From Podarcis gaigeae (lineage: Eukaryota), in assembly GCA_964106915.2 (NCBI GenBank), contig OZ066917.1: DNA of 64,000 nt. One strand, 5' to 3'. Shown here one piece after another: positions 62,476 to 64,000 of this stretch. A program made the position numbers and the translations under genes. The notes under the pieces are model-generated. The model saw nothing but the letters and a program-made list of their open reading frames with translations, had not been told where the DNA came from and made no database searches. Numbering within the stretch: position 1 is the stretch's first letter; every line of letters starts with the position of its first letter.

Positions 62476-62993
62476 TCGGCAGCGCAACGTGGCTGAGGCA
62501 CTTGCTTTGCGCTGCCGAGCACCCTCCCTCCCCTCCCTCTTTGTAGATGTTGCTGCTTTGGCCTTGCTTCAGATATTGGCTGGTTGCCTGTTTTAGAACA
62601 GGGGCCGGATAGGAATTTTTCCATTTGGCAAATTGGCAGTGGCCACTTGGTTTTCACCTACCCCCTTAGCAACTGTCACAACTTTGTAAGGTTAGGCGGT
62701 TAGGCATTGGCTTAATGAAGTGTGTGGGAGGGGAGGTGCGGCCATCACCTGCCCCTCCATGAATAAGGGCATCCCAGTAAAGGAATCTGGGGTCCTGGAT
62801 CTCGTCTGAAGTCTGCTTGAGGGGCCAGGGCCATGCCAGGACCACAGGAACCCCGGGGTGAGCTTCGGTTGATCTTCATTGATGTTGCTCCCTCGTTTGG
62901 TGTTTACCCTTTCAGACTGCCAGCCAGAGGGGCAGGAGGCAGTTATAGTCTGTTGCCAATGCCTAAGCCAATACCACTCACTTTGCTGTAATC

Positions 62994-62999
62994 AATAAA
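62994..62999 (+). terminator. Polyadenylation signal AATAAA of the LTR-like element
   Basis: Lies in a 23-nt block conserved in the 42.6-kb copy and is followed by T/GT-rich sequence. Confidence 0.6.
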
Positions 63000-64000
63000 G
63001 TTGTGGCCTAAATTTTGCCCATTAACATAAACCAAAATTATTTGTCAGTGTAAAGTTATTTACTTGGGGAAGGGATTGGGGGCCTTGGGGCGCAACCACA
63101 ATCTTAATATACAAACCAACAGGCAACTGGCAAGGTCTCAAGGGGGGCAGCTCATCCTGAAAAGGGTTCCAAACACAAAGATTGAGATCTGGATTTAGAA
63201 ACCCTTTGTGCAATGAACTGGGTTCTTTTAGACTCAGCAGATCACATACCAGCTCAGGAGCATGTTACCTTGGGTGTTAGCCATATGCATTCCTGCAGGC
63301 CACATTGTATGTTCTACAGTGAATGCCTAAAGAGGACACTTAATTGGTAATATGCCCCAAAGTTCCATAAATATGCTTAGGATTGCACTGTTGAACCTAT
63401 TTTGTCACAAATGAAATATTATGCTTTATTTGAAAAAAAAACCCCACAGAATTCTTTTTAAAAATGTATTCTTAACTTTTTCATCTTAGATCCATTAAAA
63501 GAAATTGTGGTCTCAGCCTTAGACAACAAAGAAATAAATGCAGGAACTGCCTACCCTGAAAACGAATGTTTAAGGTTCCTCTAAGATGATCTTTGTAGAA
63601 ATGTTATAAATAACTGGAAATTCAACAAAAGCAGGGGATGTGGGAAGAAGTCAAGTAGTGGTCACAAATGTAAGACTTGAGGAGGAGAAAGCACTAATGT
63701 ACAAAAATAAAGCACTTAAAAAACAAACAAAAATAAGAAGCTCTAAAAGCAAGGATTCTTAGTCAACCACAAGCGTTTCTAAGCTTTGTACTAGATGAAA
63801 AGAAGAGTATTCTTGAGGAAAAAGCCTGCCATTGTCATGTTCAGTATTGTTTCAACCCAAGAAAAATACTTCGGGAATCAAAACAGGGTGACATTTAAAA
63901 TAAATAACTTTGGATTCTGCATAGACTATATTAAAAGAAAATATTTTGGGGAGCTGAAAAGGCTTAGTTTGTATAAAGCTGAATTACAACAATGTGTGGA

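Larger units (their letters stand above)
62311..63095 (+). mobile_element. LTR-like element with promoter, ENE-like motif and poly(A) signal
   Basis: CCAAT at 62435, ATTGG at 62456, TATAAAA at 62469, ENE-like motif at 62607-62662, AATAAA at 62994, a GT/T-rich downstream tract and a CGCAA end. Homologous to 42557-43270. Confidence 0.8.

Overview
Non-coding, repeat-rich vertebrate DNA, almost certainly from a squamate and probably a lacertid lizard. It holds Sauria (Squam1) SINEs with target-site duplications (TSDs), Squam2/Squam3-like SINEs, 5'-truncated Bov-B, RTE, CR1, L2 and L1 LINE fragments, hAT-type MITEs, a Gypsy-like solo LTR, microsatellites and one assembly gap. No host protein-coding exon can be identified with confidence. 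One weak first-exon candidate lies near 2.0 kb, and several TE-free stretches look like conserved non-coding elements. Two things stand out. (1) Three diverged copies of a 0.7-0.8 kb LTR-like unit (62.3-63.1 kb +, 42.6-43.3 kb -, and a decayed copy at 2.8-3.7 kb -) keep a shared RNA architecture: an ENE-like U-rich internal loop (a possible poly(A)-clamping triple helix) and a long-range helix of conserved spacing that would bring the poly(A) site next to it. (2) A 993-bp near-perfect palindrome (28025-29017) of Penelope-like retroelement sequence sits in a (TA)n array and carries a minimal hammerhead ribozyme motif on each strand. All calls were made by eye; repeat family names come from recalled consensus sequences and need RepeatMasker/Dfam confirmation.
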